Positions 46,060-64,000 of a stretch of 64,000 nucleotides of DNA are shown here, piece after piece. The notes under the pieces were generated by a model, which did no database searches, had not been told where the DNA came from, and saw only the letters and a program-made list of their open reading frames with translations. The stretch is from Zygnema circumcarinatum SAG 698-1b. Lineage: Eukaryota; Plantae; Zygnematophyceae. Within the stretch, counting starts at the first letter, position 1. Each line of letters starts with the position of its first letter. The stretch covers positions 682,001 through 746,000 of the forward strand of contig CM074804.1 of NCBI GenBank assembly GCA_037447605.1, in the 5' to 3' direction. Made by a program: the position numbers and the translations under genes.

Positions 46060-46408
46060 CCGTTGGATCCGCCGTTCGATTGAATCAACTTGAACCGTTA
46101 GATCTGCGATCGTGCGGCGATAGATGACTTCACTGGATAATATGCAGTTGAGCCATTTGCTTTGAAGGAGGAGTGTGCACCGTTGGATACGACATCCCTG
46201 TGCCGTTCGATTGAATGTACCTTTCCCGTTAGATCCAGCTCACTTGCACCGTTGGATTTTTGTTTTCCTTTCAGCCGTTCGATTGGGTCATCCTGGGTCG
46301 TTCGATCAAACCAACCTACACCGTTGGATGTACTGCAATCTTGCCGCTCTGTCGTCCGATGAAAATTACAAAACCACCGTTGGATGCGACACTTTCCCGC
46401 CGTTAGAT
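46060..46408. promoter_or_regulatory. Array of 11 co-oriented CCGTT(G/A/C)GAT motifs (MSA-like; reverse strand AACGG core)
   Basis: Copies start at 46060, 46072, 46095, 46180, 46203, 46226, 46249, 46275, 46321, 46377 and 46400. Function is inferred from similarity to the MYB3R-bound MSA element. Confidence 0.55.
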
Positions 46409-48186
46409 GCAGTCTTTCGAACCTAAAAATTTCGATTCTAAATCCGCCAATCGTTTGCTTCCACGTAGCCTATAGACTCGATACGCTCTTCTCTATGTTC
46501 CGTTTCATGTGAGCAGCGTTGAACTGAACATGGAGCTTTACGAGCGTCCGAGCGAAGCACTGGCCGCCAGCCTCACGCTGATGACGTGGCACTTCGCACG
46601 TGTGGTTCCAGACTGTGCTGACGCGGCAGCACCACGTCAGCCCCTCCTGCTGCCAGCGCCTCCTTCCCTGCTCCTCATCCTCCCCCTCCAGCAGCAGCAG
46701 CAGCAGGAGCTGCCGTGGCGCGCCTTGGAGCAGACGCAAGGGCCGAGCTATAGAGGACTTGTGGGGCCCATTCGGCACTCGTTTGCAAGGGGCTGTAGCG
46801 GTTGTCTGCTTGGAGGAGAGGGCGCGGAGGAGGGGTTCAGAAGTGACAGGGTTTGGAGGGAATCTTGACCATCTTAGAGAGAGGCTTGAAAGGGGCTTTT
46901 TTAGGTGCAGGACATACAGACGCGTGGATTGGACTCTGTTTGGATTGGTGAGTGGGGAGAGGGGAGGGAGAGCGAGGCACTGGAGGATGAGCTGGTCAAT
47001 TGTAATGAGAGAGAAGTATCCATGGCAGTTTTTTAGACAGAATTGAATGGAAGGGAAGGAGCGCATGGAGAATGAATTTTGGCTCAAATTGATTGGCCCT
47101 ATTCATGTAATTAAAAAATGCGATAGAAGAAAGCGTTGAGGAACTTTATGTGGCTACTCACTTGGCCTCCACGTCCTTGGTTCAATTGCTTTGTGCTTTC
47201 AAACTACACATTTTCCACCTCTTCATTGTTTCGACTGGTCTGTAAGGCGTAGTAATCGCGTAGCATTCAAATTTGTTGGCATAATTTGCAATGGTTCGGC
47301 CGCTTAAATATGTTCTCTTCACTTGTTTACTTTTTGAAGTTGTTGAAAGCGTTCTTTCATCCTTCAGTCGTTGCTTGGATGTTGCCAGCTTGCATGGCCC
47401 GCTTGCAACAGTAAGGAAAGTCTTGAAAAGCCGTGTTTGTCATCTGAAGGATTTTTTTAAATTATTTATTTTCACAATTGTCGCAATCGCGAAAAGCAGA
47501 GCAAAGTAGGTCTTTTTACGGTCCATTCCATTAATGCGTCAAATTTTCAACTGCTCAATTAAAGAGGTCGCAAAGCTGCTTCCCGTTGCGTGGAAGCCTA
47601 TGAGACCACAAGACTTATTTGTACAGTGCACCTTCTTTCTTGTAGGCGGCATTTGCATTAATTTGCGTGTGGTGCCTGCGTCGATATAAGTCTTGTTTAA
47701 ACCAAGGACCTGCAGTTACAATGTTTTGTATTTGGCTATTTTTGGTTACTTGGGATTCTGAAAAAGCTGGATTGCTCGTTATGTTTAGAAAGTTAAATGT
47801 CTCATTAGTTACACTGGCTCGGGCTTAGGCAGCATCTTATTGCATTCAGGTTTTTTGGATAGGACGGTCCTTTAGCTTGCAGCAGTCATATCTGTAAATG
47901 TTTATTTCTTGCCAACAACGTGTTTACACAAGCGTGGGAATAGCCAGCATACTACAACATTTCGTGGTTAAAGCGCACACTTGGACTCATTTAATGTTTT
48001 TGTGGCCAATCGAATGTTAAGTCGCGGAAAACTCACACTGGTTTTTTATGTTTGGCGTGAAGCTAAATGAAGGGTTTCATAAGAAATGTTTTTTTTTTTT
48101 TGTTTTGTTCCAGAGGTGGCCAGGAAGCTTGGTGACAAGACTGCCTTAGTGCAGTTAAGCGAGCGAGAAACCAGTTTTTCCAAATC

Positions 48187-51100
48187 ATGTCGGAATCTAC
48201 GCAGGAGGGCTTTTTGACCGAGCATCAGCGTGAGGTATTTGATGCAGTGGCACAGGACCGTGAGCCCGTTAAGGAAGCCACTGGACCTCGACCTCGCATT
48301 GAGCACGCAACTAAGCATGCACCTGTTTTCAGCAAGCATCATCATGTGATTGCACCGAAGCAGGAAAGGAGGTCACATACAGTAAAGAATGGGCGGCCCA
48401 AGAAAGGTCAGCAAGAAGCAGAACGATTTATTTTTGGACTGCGGCACTCGTTGTGTCTTGCATCTCATTGAAAGTTAAAATCATTGTCGTTGTAGAACCC
48501 TGAACGCTGAATTCTAGGTTTTGGCATAGATTGAGTGATTGTCGCAGTTGATCATTGGGTTCTCACTGTACCACACTTGAGTCATTCAGAACATTACCCT
48601 TTTTTTTGCCTTGAATTCAAGGTCTTCCTTTAGTCCTGGTCTTGAGCATGTGTTTGGATGTCTTGCCTCTCGTTCTCACATTCAAAATGTTGAAGTTAAG
48701 ATTTTTTTTTTCTGGTTGGGATCTATGTCAGCAGGTGGAGGTGGAGGAAGGGGGACTTGGGGCAATCCACTCATCCCCTATACCGATTATGACAATTCTG
48801 ACCCGAGGGATCCAAACTACGATGACGGATTGGTGAGTGCTAGCCACTCTGTAATTTCAGTGACGCAGTCACTCCAGTAGCTCACTGTTTTTGCAGTTGA
48901 TTGATGCCATTCAAGCTGTTGGACTGAATGCGGGTAGAGTCTCAAAGATGACGAGATCCTTACTAGGCTAGTTGCACATGCATTAACACAATGCTAGCAT
49001 GTGCAGGGGTCGTACTTGACGCAGTTTTTGTTGGAGACTGTGTTCTTTACAGGAGTCCTACGAACTGCTGGGAGCCCCCTTAGCAGAGTCAGTAGAGGAA
49101 TATAAGGCAAGGGTTGTTGCTGTTTTGGAGGAATACTTTGATTCAGGAGATATACCAACGGCTGCTGCTGATCTCACTGACCTGGGCTCCGCTAGTTATC
49201 ACCATTATTTCATAAAGAGGTTAATCTCTCTTGCTCTCGATCGCCATGATCGTGAGAAGGAGATGGCCGCGTCTCTCCTCTCAGCGCTTTACGTTGATGT
49301 TATTCAGCCAGAACAGGTGTCAAAAGGTTTTTCTCGCTTACTAGAATCTGTGGAGGACTTGGAGATAGACTGTCCTGATGCTGCCGACGTTGTTGCTCTA
49401 TTCCTAGCACGAGCTGTGGTGGATGACATTCTGCCTCCTTCCTTTCTGTCGAAGACGAAGAAAGACTTCCCTGAAGAGTCAAAGGGTGCAGCAGTGATAC
49501 ATATGGCAGAATCCCATTTAGCTACCCCACATCACGCAGAGAGAATAGAGAGGGCTTGGGGAGGAATAGGAAAGCCCACAGTAGAGGGTGCCAAGACCAA
49601 AATTGTACAACTATTGAAGGAATACGTAGTCAGCGGTGACACTGCAGAGGCTTGCCGCTGCATTCGTGAGCTAAATCTGCCATTCTTCCATCATGAGGTG
49701 GGTACGGTGACCTGATGTGATGTTGTTTGTACTATAGTGCTGATTCAGACGCATTGGCAAGTTTCAGATGGGCAGGTCAGCAGTTGTGTCCGCATAAACT
49801 CGTTTTGTTAGGGCTTTCAAACCTTCTGCAACATACATACCGAGAATTCTGTGGTCCGGCTCAGTTTTCAGCAATAAATGCCAATATATAGGTTTATGTC
49901 AGCATCTAGAGCGAACACGACATGTAGTATATGGAGAGTAGGAGAGGATGCAAGTTTTCGTCTATCCTATCTAACATCGGAGTTGACAATTGTTATATCT
50001 TGTTTCCTTTGTGCAGGTGGTGAAGAAGGCTCTGACGATGGCTATGGATGAGCGGGACAGTGGTGAAAATCAATTGTTGAGGCTTCTGAAAGAAACTGCG
50101 GAAGAGGGACTGGTTTCCATCAATCAAATGACGAAGGGGTTTAGCAGGTTGTTCGATGCAATCGATGACCTTGTACTAGATATTCCAAATGCAAGAGAGC
50201 TTCTGCAAAACTATGTGGCTAGAGCCACAGCAGAGGGATGGTTGGGGCACACATTCGCGGACAATGTCTCAAAGGAGTTGGTGGCTGCCGAATTATCAGC
50301 GCATCTATCTGAGGCGAAGACTTTACAGAGCTACAAGCAGAAATCAACGGAAATAGTCCTGGAATTTTTTGAGAGTGGTGACGTAGGTGAAGTTTCACGC
50401 AGCTTAGAGGAGCTAGCATTTCCAGACCTGCTCCATTTGTTCGTGAAAAAACTGATCACACTGGCAATGGATCGCAAAAACCGTGAAAAGGAAATGGCCT
50501 CAGGGTTATTGTCATCTCTTTACCCGGAAGTCCTGCCAGTTGATCAGGTTGAAGCAGCTTGCACTAATTTGCTGAATTCAGTGGACGATCTCGCTTTAGA
50601 CATACCGCATGCAGCTGATGAACTTGCTCTGTTCATATCCCGAGCAGTAGTGGATGATATTTTGGCGCCTCTCTATTTGACTTGGGCTCGTGAAGCCTTT
50701 AGTGAGGGCGGTCTTGCAGCCAGTGTGGTGCGCGCAGCGCAGGCCATGCTAGGGGCACGTCATGCAGGAGAGAGAATTCTTCGCTGCTGGGGGGGGGCAT
50801 CAGGGAGGACAGTCGATGATGCAAAGGAGAAGATCGCCCGGTTGTTGGAAGAGTTCGAAACGGGAGGCGAGATGGCTGAAGCTTGCCAGTGCATGAGGGA
50901 CTTAGATCTCCCATTTTTTCACCATGAGGTAAGGCATGAGGCATAAGAAAGCAGTTTTGGATAGCAGAGCTGCGGTATGGTTGTCGGTAGTTGTTGAAGT
51001 TGCATGTTCAGTTCATCAATGCAGGTCGGATGGATGCATGGGTGCAAGCTAATGCATGGACATTGATATCTCTTCACAGATGGTTGCAGTAGCACCCTGC

Positions 51101-51559
51101 CTGATAGATGGTCTGGCACGTCATCAGCTTCAAAAAAAAAAGAAGAAGAAGAAGAAGGCATAGAGAATATTCATCTGTATCAGAATGAATTGCACGCTAA
51201 AAAGTCTCCAATGTCATCTTGACTTGCTGCACCAATCGACTGCATGTTTGCAGATTGTAAAAAAGGCACTGGTTATGGCGATGGAGAAGCAGACCGACCG
51301 TCCTTTGTTGTTATTGCAAGAATGCTCAAACGAGAGCCTGATTAGCACAAGCCAAATGAGTAAAGGATTTGCCCGAGTTCAAGATGCCTTGGCCGACCTT
51401 GAGCTCGATATACCTGACGCAAGAAACAGGTTCAAGACTTATGTCAAGCAGGCAAAGGAGGGAGGTTGGCTGCCGCCCGCATTCGAGGTGGACTTGAAGG
51501 AACATGTGCCGTCAGAGAGTATGGGGGAAGGTCTGGATAATGGAAGAGGGGGAGATTAG
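48187..51559 (+). CDS. MA3-domain translation regulatory factor (PDCD4/MRF-like, four MA3 domains)
   Basis: Repeated EEYFDSGD, KRLISLALDRHDREKEMAAS, LALFLARAVVDDILPP and ACRCIRELNLPFFHHEVVKKAL. N-terminal RSHTVKNGRPKKGGGGGRGTWG and DPRDPNYD. Confidence 0.93.
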
Positions 51560-52615
51560 GAGGAACTAAAGCATGTAGCGAAGTGTAAGTAGAGCAGGGA
51601 ATGAGTTTAGAGCCGGCTTTTGGGGGAGTAAGGGTATAGGCGGTTGACCGGAGGCTCTTCTTTCTCTCTCTCTCTTCTCTCTCTCCCTGCAGCCTGTACT
51701 TGTGGGAGAGGCTTTCATGTTATCGGGCCGAACTCGAACAGGACTTCACTCATATCTGCCTCAGAAGAACTATAAGGGAAGGGTGATGCAGGCTTGAGGG
51801 GGTGCGTTCTGAATCTCAATGAGGCATTTGTACAAATCGTTTTGAAGCCAAGTGAAGCTCGAAATCTTGTGACTCTCGGAACTTAGTCAGGCTAGTGGGG
51901 ATGCTCGGCTGCTGCAATTGATCACCTTTCAAACCCCTTTCTGCTCGTGTTGTCTGCATGAAGGTATGGGAAGCTAATGGGATGTGGGGCATTTGAACTG
52001 CATGCAGAATTGACCGCTGCTTGCCGACTGTAAGGGTTATGTCTCGTTCGTACTTCTCAATGAAGGAACATGTGTTGTTTATTCATAAACTACAGCCCTT
52101 TGAATCGCGTACGACATAGAATGAAGCTTGGTAAAGTCGTTGACTATATAGAAAGACCTGCAGGTTGATAGCTCTGTCACAGTAGGCGGTTTGTCATCCT
52201 CTACATCTGTGGTTGTGGTAGCCTGTCCATTAGTAACACTCGAAGCGCAAAAAACACCCTAACATGAAACAAAAATTCCCTTCACTGAGGAGAACAACAC
52301 AGACTTCTCGTCCTCACCCCTTAGCGACAATTCGCTCACCTACATTTCCTCCCCTTGACAGTATCCGGAGTGCCGTTAGAATCGTATGGACCCTCACACC
52401 TTCTGTACTTAGTTCGAAAACCGGAATCGAAATTCCTCACACCCTCCTTAATCCCAACACACCCAGTAGGGGGGCTCATTCTCAGCTTTCGCAATTCAGA
52501 TTCTAAAACAGCTCCTTCCTGTTCATAACTCAGATCTTCACCCGAAAACAATATGGAGTTCGAGTTTGCTCTCGAAGGGTGCGTTTTCATAGTTCAACTT
52601 CATCGAAGAAAAACG

Positions 52616-53309
52616 CAAACTTTCATTGAACTCGCGATGGCCTCGCCATCAAATTTACATGGATAAAGGCAAAATGTGGAACCACGAAGGACTGGTCACA
52701 AAGGACCGAAACACAATAAAACGAAGCTAGGAGCGGAAAACTACGCCTAGGCACAACAACGCAGCCCTAGAAGCAGCCGCGAAGGTCACCGATGTGAGGC
52801 ACGTCGCGAGGAGGGAGCGGCGGAAGTCCACCAACACGGTCACCAACAACTGCAGCACGCCGAAGTAGCGTAGAAGCGAGGCAACGCTGAAGGGCGACGG
52901 AAATACGTTGTCGATAAAAGGTAGCCAAGATCGCCGGAGGAGGGCTTCCGGGGCCGTGCATCTCGAAAGAGCGATGGGCGCACTGGCGAAGGAAGGTATC
53001 CAAACGGGTGTCGAGGCAGCCAAAAATCTCAATAGCCATAGGAACAAACTCGTCGGCTGCATCACGGTGAGCATATGCACGCTCCTTGCGAAGGGCCGCA
53101 TCGCGAGCAGCCACGCCTTCATGATGTGCTGCACGTGACAATAAATCGCGACGGGTTGGATCGGCCAACACAATATCCCCAAAAATACGCCGGGCACCAT
53201 CCATAAGAGCCAAATCAGGGCGAACTCCGCGCTCGCCACGAATAGTCGGCCGTGGGGACACCAGGTGGCTCGGCTCCCGTCGCACAAGGTAGTTAGCTTC
53301 TTGAGCCAC
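52616..53309 (-). mobile_element. 5'-truncated CRE-like non-LTR retrotransposon, RLE C-terminus in an open frame
   Basis: RPDLALMDGARRIFGDIV...RKERAY...FVPMAIEIFG...FYRQRISVALQR*. Close homolog of 7493-8355 with the same 3' UTR and end point. Confidence 0.82.
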
Positions 53310-53388
53310 TGAAGCCACCACTTCATCCATTTAGTTGAATGTAAAAGCCCTGAGAGCCCCGCCCTGAGCTCTGTGCAGACCGGCAGCC

Positions 53389-55688
53389 ATGGCTGCCCTG
53401 CCCGCGGTCCCGCAGAGCGTCAGTTTCGTGCCCTCCGCCATGGCGGAAGCGGCGGACGCCTTCCAGCGCGATGGCGCTGTGTGCATACGTGGAGCTTTCT
53501 CTCGCAGCCAGCTGGCGCTGCTTGCACAAGGTGCGGAACTGCAATTAGGCTTTCGCTTTCCGACTCCCTCTATCTCTCCTCCCAAGCGACTGCCTTTATT
53601 CTTTGTGACTCCTTCACTCGCTTCAGCCCTGCCGCTAGCGTGATTCCTCCTCTGCCCCCGCTCTTTCCTCACTCCCCCTTCTCGCACTTTCTCTCTCTCT
53701 CTCTCTCACTCTCCCTCCCTCTATCTCTCTCCCATTCTCTCCGTGCTTCCCCGATCCGCTGCTTTTGTGGTCCTACAAACGTCTCCTTACACTTTTCCCC
53801 TTTCTTTTGCGCCCTTTACATCCTTTCGATTTCCTTTATCCTCCCCTCCCCGCCCCAGCTCGTCCTCCCCTTTCCCACTCTTGCAATTTTCTCCTTCATC
53901 CATGAGGCTGGGAGCATAATGGTGCGTAATGCGGGACATGTGGCAGGCATAGAAGCGAGCATGGCCAGTCCTTCAGTGCACGCTCAGTTTCTCCGCGGAG
54001 AAAGTGGTAAGGGCCGCTTCTTCAACGACTACTGCAACTGGAGAAGGTGATTTTTTGCTACGGTTGGAAGCGGCTCTTCTCAGTCTTTGGGCAAGGATTG
54101 GCAGTCTGTTGGGACGCAAGTTGATTCTTTTTCGACGGAAGGTACATTTTTAGGGTTTCTGGGATGCTGGTAAATGATGGTATGAGGGTCTTTGTGACAT
54201 GAAACGGGGCACTCCACGTTCAATCAGGATTTGCCTTAGACGAAGGAGTCACCTTTGGTATGTTTCTTCAGTTGGCTTCACGCTGCAGTCAAAAAATCGG
54301 GAATAGTCTTACGACAATTGCGCGATATGCGTATTGCTTTCTTTGTATTATCAACATTCATGAATCTTTCACGCCTTTTGATTCGCAGCATCCCTTCCTT
54401 TAAAGACTTTGTTCACAATTCACAGGCTGCTCAGCTAGCAGCAGCGCTCATGAAGTCCAAAAAGGCCATCTTCTATCACGAACGTAAGCCCAACTCCTTT
54501 CCTTTTCTCTATCGCTTGAATCCCAACTTTTAGTCCTCTAAAATCTGTACACCTGATTGTTGGTACGCCAAAATATTTTTTGCAGATGTTTTAGTGAAGG
54601 AGGCAGACGCGCACAAAGCCACCCCTTGGCACCATGATCAGTCGTACTATCCGGTGGATGGTGACCAGTTGTGTTCCTTTTGGATACCAGTCGATCCCGT
54701 CTCTCTTCAAACATCCCTTCAGTTTGTGCGTGGGTCCCACACGTGGGGGTGGTTCATTCCTCGCATGTTTGCAGACTCAGTGGGCTATGACCAGGCACGT
54801 CTCACACCTTTGCCAGGTGCTCACTCTCACTTTCTCCCTTTCTTTAGTCAGTGTCAGAGGCAGAGCTGTCCTGTGGTGTAGTGGCAACACACTACGGCAA
54901 GCATCCGTAGATTCCGGGTTCAAATCCCGGCTGGACCACTTTCAGTCTGTTTTTCTGCAGAATAAAATGAGTTTTTTTCTGGGGAATGGTGCGCTAAAGG
55001 AGCAGACACGTTGTTGATCTCCTTCTCTCTTCCTCACGATTTAAAATTCCCAGCTTCTGAACGTTTTCAGTTCCAAAATCACGTAAATAAAAACTTGTAG
55101 TACGGTATTATAAAAGGAGTTACTGTTTTCATCATAAGCTGTTACTCTTCGGATTCCTTGAATGAAAACTTCAAGCAGGGGCCTTCTTGTCATGAAAGCT
55201 AGGCAGATTTATCGGTAAGAAGCATGTGTTTTTAGGGGGGGGGAGGGGTAGCCGGGGAAATGCAGAGGGAAGCCGACCATTGAGTGAGTATAAGCCGGTT
55301 CCCGATGTGGAAGCTCAGAGGGGTCAGCTTGAGGTGAGGGCCGCAAAGGGCATTCCTTGCATATTATTGAGTTTATGCAATATGGGATTTTAAGGCCTTA
55401 AGAAATTGGAGGTTCACACGGCATGGCAGTTCATCGCCAATCCTCTTCCTCCAGTTTCTGTGTTTAATCACTTGATATTTCCATTGCAGAGAGGGAATAC
55501 TCGTAATGTGTCAGTTTAGCCCTCTTGGAGAGGCCAACCTTAAGTCGCTGAGTGGCTACCAATGGACTTCTTTTGTTTGAGCGTGGCAGTTCTTGAGTTG
55601 GGGTCTCGAACTTGGAGATGTTATCGCCTTCCATGGCCGAGCACTGCACGCCGCCTCAGGGAACAGGTGAATAGGATGGCTGTGCTAA

Positions 55689-55742
<54 letters not shown>

Positions 55743-56325
55743 GCGCGCGCGCTCCCTTTCCCCCTCCCTCCCTCCGTCTTTAACCTCTACCTTCTGTGCG
55801 GGGCTTGCAGTTCACAGACATCTCGACGTGTGGTCTCTTTCAGGTTCCCTCTTTGAACCCAGCTGAATGCCTAATTCAACTGATTGCATGAGTCTATCCC
55901 CACCATGTTGAAGGTGTTTAGGCCATCATCAATAATGCACTGTGAATGTTTCCCTGAATCAATAATTTCTGTACCAATTCCAAGCAGAGAGCATGTAGCT
56001 AAGAATTCGGCCTTCTGCAAATTGTGTACAACTTTTTACCGTACAGGGACATCTAGTCGTCGGTATCAAAAATTGTTTCTAATTGACAAAAGCCTATAAC
56101 TTCTTTAGGCTAACTTTCTTTAGGAGTTCCCTTGCAGGCTGTTAAACATGATAAGTCGAAGGTTAGAAAGAGTAATCCCTGATTGAGTGAATGCTGGGTT
56201 GCAGGTGGGCAGGTGACGATGCTCGCTTTGCTGCAAGGCCATGGCTGGTGTCTCCTCCAATCACAGGCGGCCTCCTCCCAGGAGACTCTCTGGCATGTGA
56301 GGAGTTCCCTGTCATTCAGTCGTGA
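53389..56325 (+). CDS. Phytanoyl-CoA dioxygenase (PhyH)-family Fe(II)/2OG enzyme, spliced
   Basis: FQRDGAVCIRGAF, GRFFNDYCNWRR, TPWHHDQSYY (HxD), CSFWIPVDPV, LQFVRGSH, LELGDVIAFHGRALHAA (distal His) and RRVVSFRWAGDDARF. Stop at 56325. Confidence 0.85.
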
Positions 56326-56594
56326 AAATTGAAGAACGTATCTTGATCCTCCGAAGAACGGAGGGTCAACATAGAGCAGCAATGTCCTCGTATTCTACAG
56401 TTGGCAGTGTGATGACAGTTAGTAGTAGCAGTAGCAGTAGCAATGAAGATGCAGTGAACCAACTCACAGGAGGGCCAGCCTTGCGATCGTTCAACGCACA
56501 TAAAAAGCAGAGAACGAGCTCATCGCCAAGGAGAGCTACAATTGCGAGCCGCCTTTCCAATGGCGCTATAAAAGGGTTAATTATTGGTTTTATG

Positions 56595-56712
56595 ATGGCT
56601 CCATTGGCTTCTGTGAGCACATAACTGGGTAGACAGTTGCAAGCGTATGTGTAATGGCTCCATTGGCTTTTGTGAGCACATGACTGTGTAGACAGTTGCA
56701 AGTGTATGTGTA
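56595..56712 (+). repeat. Two-copy 59-bp tandem duplication
   Basis: ATGGCTCCATTGGCTT.TGTGAGCACAT.ACTG.GTAGACAGTTGCAAG.GTATGTGTA starts at 56595 and 56654. Confidence 0.85.
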
Positions 56713-56887
56713 ACGGCACCACGGTCGGCGCTCCTCCACACCACACCCTTGTCCCTCTGACATGTGGAATGTATTCGTCGTATGGTCGCATGGCACTTAC
56801 TAATGTTACCAATGGTTGTACCAATGGTTGTACTAATGGTTATGGTTATGGTTTTTCTTGTACCAATTGTTATTATCACTATGTTAT

Positions 56888-58014
56888 GGAGAACTATATA
56901 CCGCCCCCCTTTTTTGGTTATCCCGCCACTGTTTTTTTGAAATCCGACCCTCCCATTTCGGCTATTCTGCCCCCCTCCCCCATTTTGGATATTTCGGGAG
57001 GAGATCGCCCCCCTGTTTTGAATATTTCTTTCCCGCGCCTCCCGTCCTCTCCCCGCCCCTCCCCTGCCCTCCGCCTCCCCTTCCCTTCCCTTCCCTGCGC
57101 TCCCCTCCCGTCCTCTCCCCTCCCCTCCCCTGCCCTCCCCCTCCCCTTCCCTTCCCTTCCCTTCCCTTCCTCTTTCTCAGAAAGAAAGTGAAAGAGAGTG
57201 AGAGAGAGAGAGAGCNNNNNNNNNNCCTTCTTCCTCTCGGTTTGCGATTTTTTCTATATTTAGGAACTTTTTATTCTCTTTTTATCCTTTTTCTTTTGGT
57301 GGGTGTGAAGCTCTGTCATGATGTAATGGTTGGCTTGCTTGCTTGCTTTGTCTTCTCTCTCTCTCTCTCGTTCTCTCTCTCTCTCTCTCCTCTGCTCTCT
57401 CTCCTCTAGTCTTTCTCTCTCCTACTCTCTCTCCTCTGCTCATTCTCTCTTTCGCCTTTGCTCTCTCCTGTGCACTCTCCTCTAGTCTCTCTCTCCTTTG
57501 CTCTCACTCTACTCACTCTCTCTCTCTCCTTTGCTCTCTCCTGTAGTCTCTCTCTCCTCTTCTCTCACTCCTCTGCTCTTTCTCTCTCCTCTATACACTC
57601 TCTCCTCGGCTCTCGCTCCTTTGCTCTCTCTCTCTCTTCTCTCTCCTTTGCTCTCTCCTGTAGTCTCTCTCCTCTGCTCTCACTCTGCTCTCTCTCTCTC
57701 TCACTCTCTTTCACTTTCTTTCTGAGAAAGAGGAAGGGAAGGGAAGGGAAGGGAAGGGGAGGGGGAGGGCAGGGGAGGGGAGGGGAGAGGACGGGAGGGG
57801 AGGGCAGGGAAGGGAAGGGAAGGGGAGGCGGAGGGCAGGGGAGGGGCGGGGAGAGGACGGGAGGCGCGGGAAAGAAATATTCAAAACAGGGGGGCGATCT
57901 CCTCCCGAAATATCCAAAATGGGGGAGGGGGGCAGAATAGCCGAAATGGGAGGGTCGGATTTCAAAAAAACAGTGGTGGGATAACCAAAAAAGGGGGGCG
58001 GTATATAGTTCTCC
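56888..58014. mobile_element. Non-autonomous Mutator-like element (MULE)
   Basis: About 328-bp near-perfect TIRs (56888-57215 and 57687-58014) starting GGAGAACTATATACC. Identical 9-bp TSD CTATGTTAT at 56879-56887 and 58015-58023. The interior is CT-rich low-complexity sequence. Confidence 0.88.
57216..57225. other. Assembly gap (10 N)
   Basis: Run of N inside the MULE. Confidence 1.
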
Positions 58015-58308
58015 CTATGTTATAATTCTTATTGTATTTTCTTTCATGGAGCCGCGCGTCACTCAACCCCACAACTCCAGATTCTCGAATTCTGGACTCC
58101 AACGCTGCGCCCCTTCAGCTGTAGTTCCCAATTTGTGAACTCCCTCCCCAAATTGACCGCCGAGAACAGTTCGCAACATAGAACAGCCCGAGATAGTCAA
58201 GTAACAAAGAAACAGAACGGAACTGCAAGGAATCATGTTCCACGCTCCGTTAAACGGTGACACGGAAGCGTCACATGGACTCTTGCTTCTGGTGCAGGGG
58301 CAGGTTGC

Positions 58309-58320
58309 TTTGGCGCCAAA
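58309..58320. promoter_or_regulatory. Palindromic E2F-consensus site TTTGGCGCCAAA upstream of the RecQ gene
   Basis: Matches TTTSSCGC on both strands and lies about 410 bp before the RecQ ATG. Confidence 0.45.
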
Positions 58321-58729
58321 ACAAAAGGGGCTGGTTTAAACGACTGCTGCAGGTGAGCCTCAAGCGGAAGAAATACGCTCTGTCTTGACAATGGAGGGCT
58401 GTGATCTCTCCCGGATGTGCTCGTCAAGCTGCCATTGTATGAATCTGAGAGCATCAAATGCTGGATGCTACTTATCCCTGAGCGGCTTCAACTGCTTTTT
58501 CGGAAAAGCTTGAAGAGATTCGTCAGGTGCGTTTGTAATGGTCGCGGACGCATTGAAGCGGCAATGAACGGCAGGATTGTACTGATCGAGGTATTTGAAT
58601 CTTCCCAAGCCCCATGCTTCTCAATTCAGAGACTCTTTTCCGCCTTTCCAGCTGTCCCAATGGACAGCACCGTCAAAAACGTAAAGATTTTTTCTTCAAT
58701 TTGAAGTCTGTATCGTACTGATATGCAGA

Positions 58730-64000
<5,271 letters not shown>

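Noticed and set aside
57343-57965. Leu/Ser- and Pro-rich ORFs inside the MULE
   Set aside because: They are low-complexity CT/GA translations with no transposase or captured-gene similarity.

Overview
This is intron-rich eukaryotic nuclear DNA with GT-AG introns, CT/GA microsatellites and an interstitial (TAAACCC)n tract. The genes are land-plant-like, so a streptophyte green alga or early-diverging plant is the likely source (inference). Eleven spliced protein genes can be reconstructed by hand. In order they are: an RCC1-repeat protein (partial), a 2OG-Fe(II) oxygenase, GPI8/PIG-K, ValRS, a GT92-like glycosyltransferase, a LarC-family nickel-insertase homolog, a two-domain GT77-type glycosyltransferase, an MDR enoyl/quinone reductase, an MA3/PDCD4-type translation factor, a PhyH-family dioxygenase and a RECQ4-type helicase (partial). 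Intergenic DNA holds two 5'-truncated CRE-like RLE retrotransposons, three more copies of their 3' hairpin tail, a TA-flanked MITE and a non-autonomous MULE with a 9-bp TSD. It also holds an inverted intron-containing ValRS duplicate, a decayed MON1 exon, a 27-bp ABRE/G-box minisatellite and an MSA-like motif array. The most notable feature is the spliced, apparently plastid-targeted LarC homolog. It has an N-terminal His-rich tract and no C-terminal LarC2 domain, which hints at nickel-pincer-related or nickel-handling biochemistry in a plant-lineage plastid. Exon boundaries were read by eye and are approximate.
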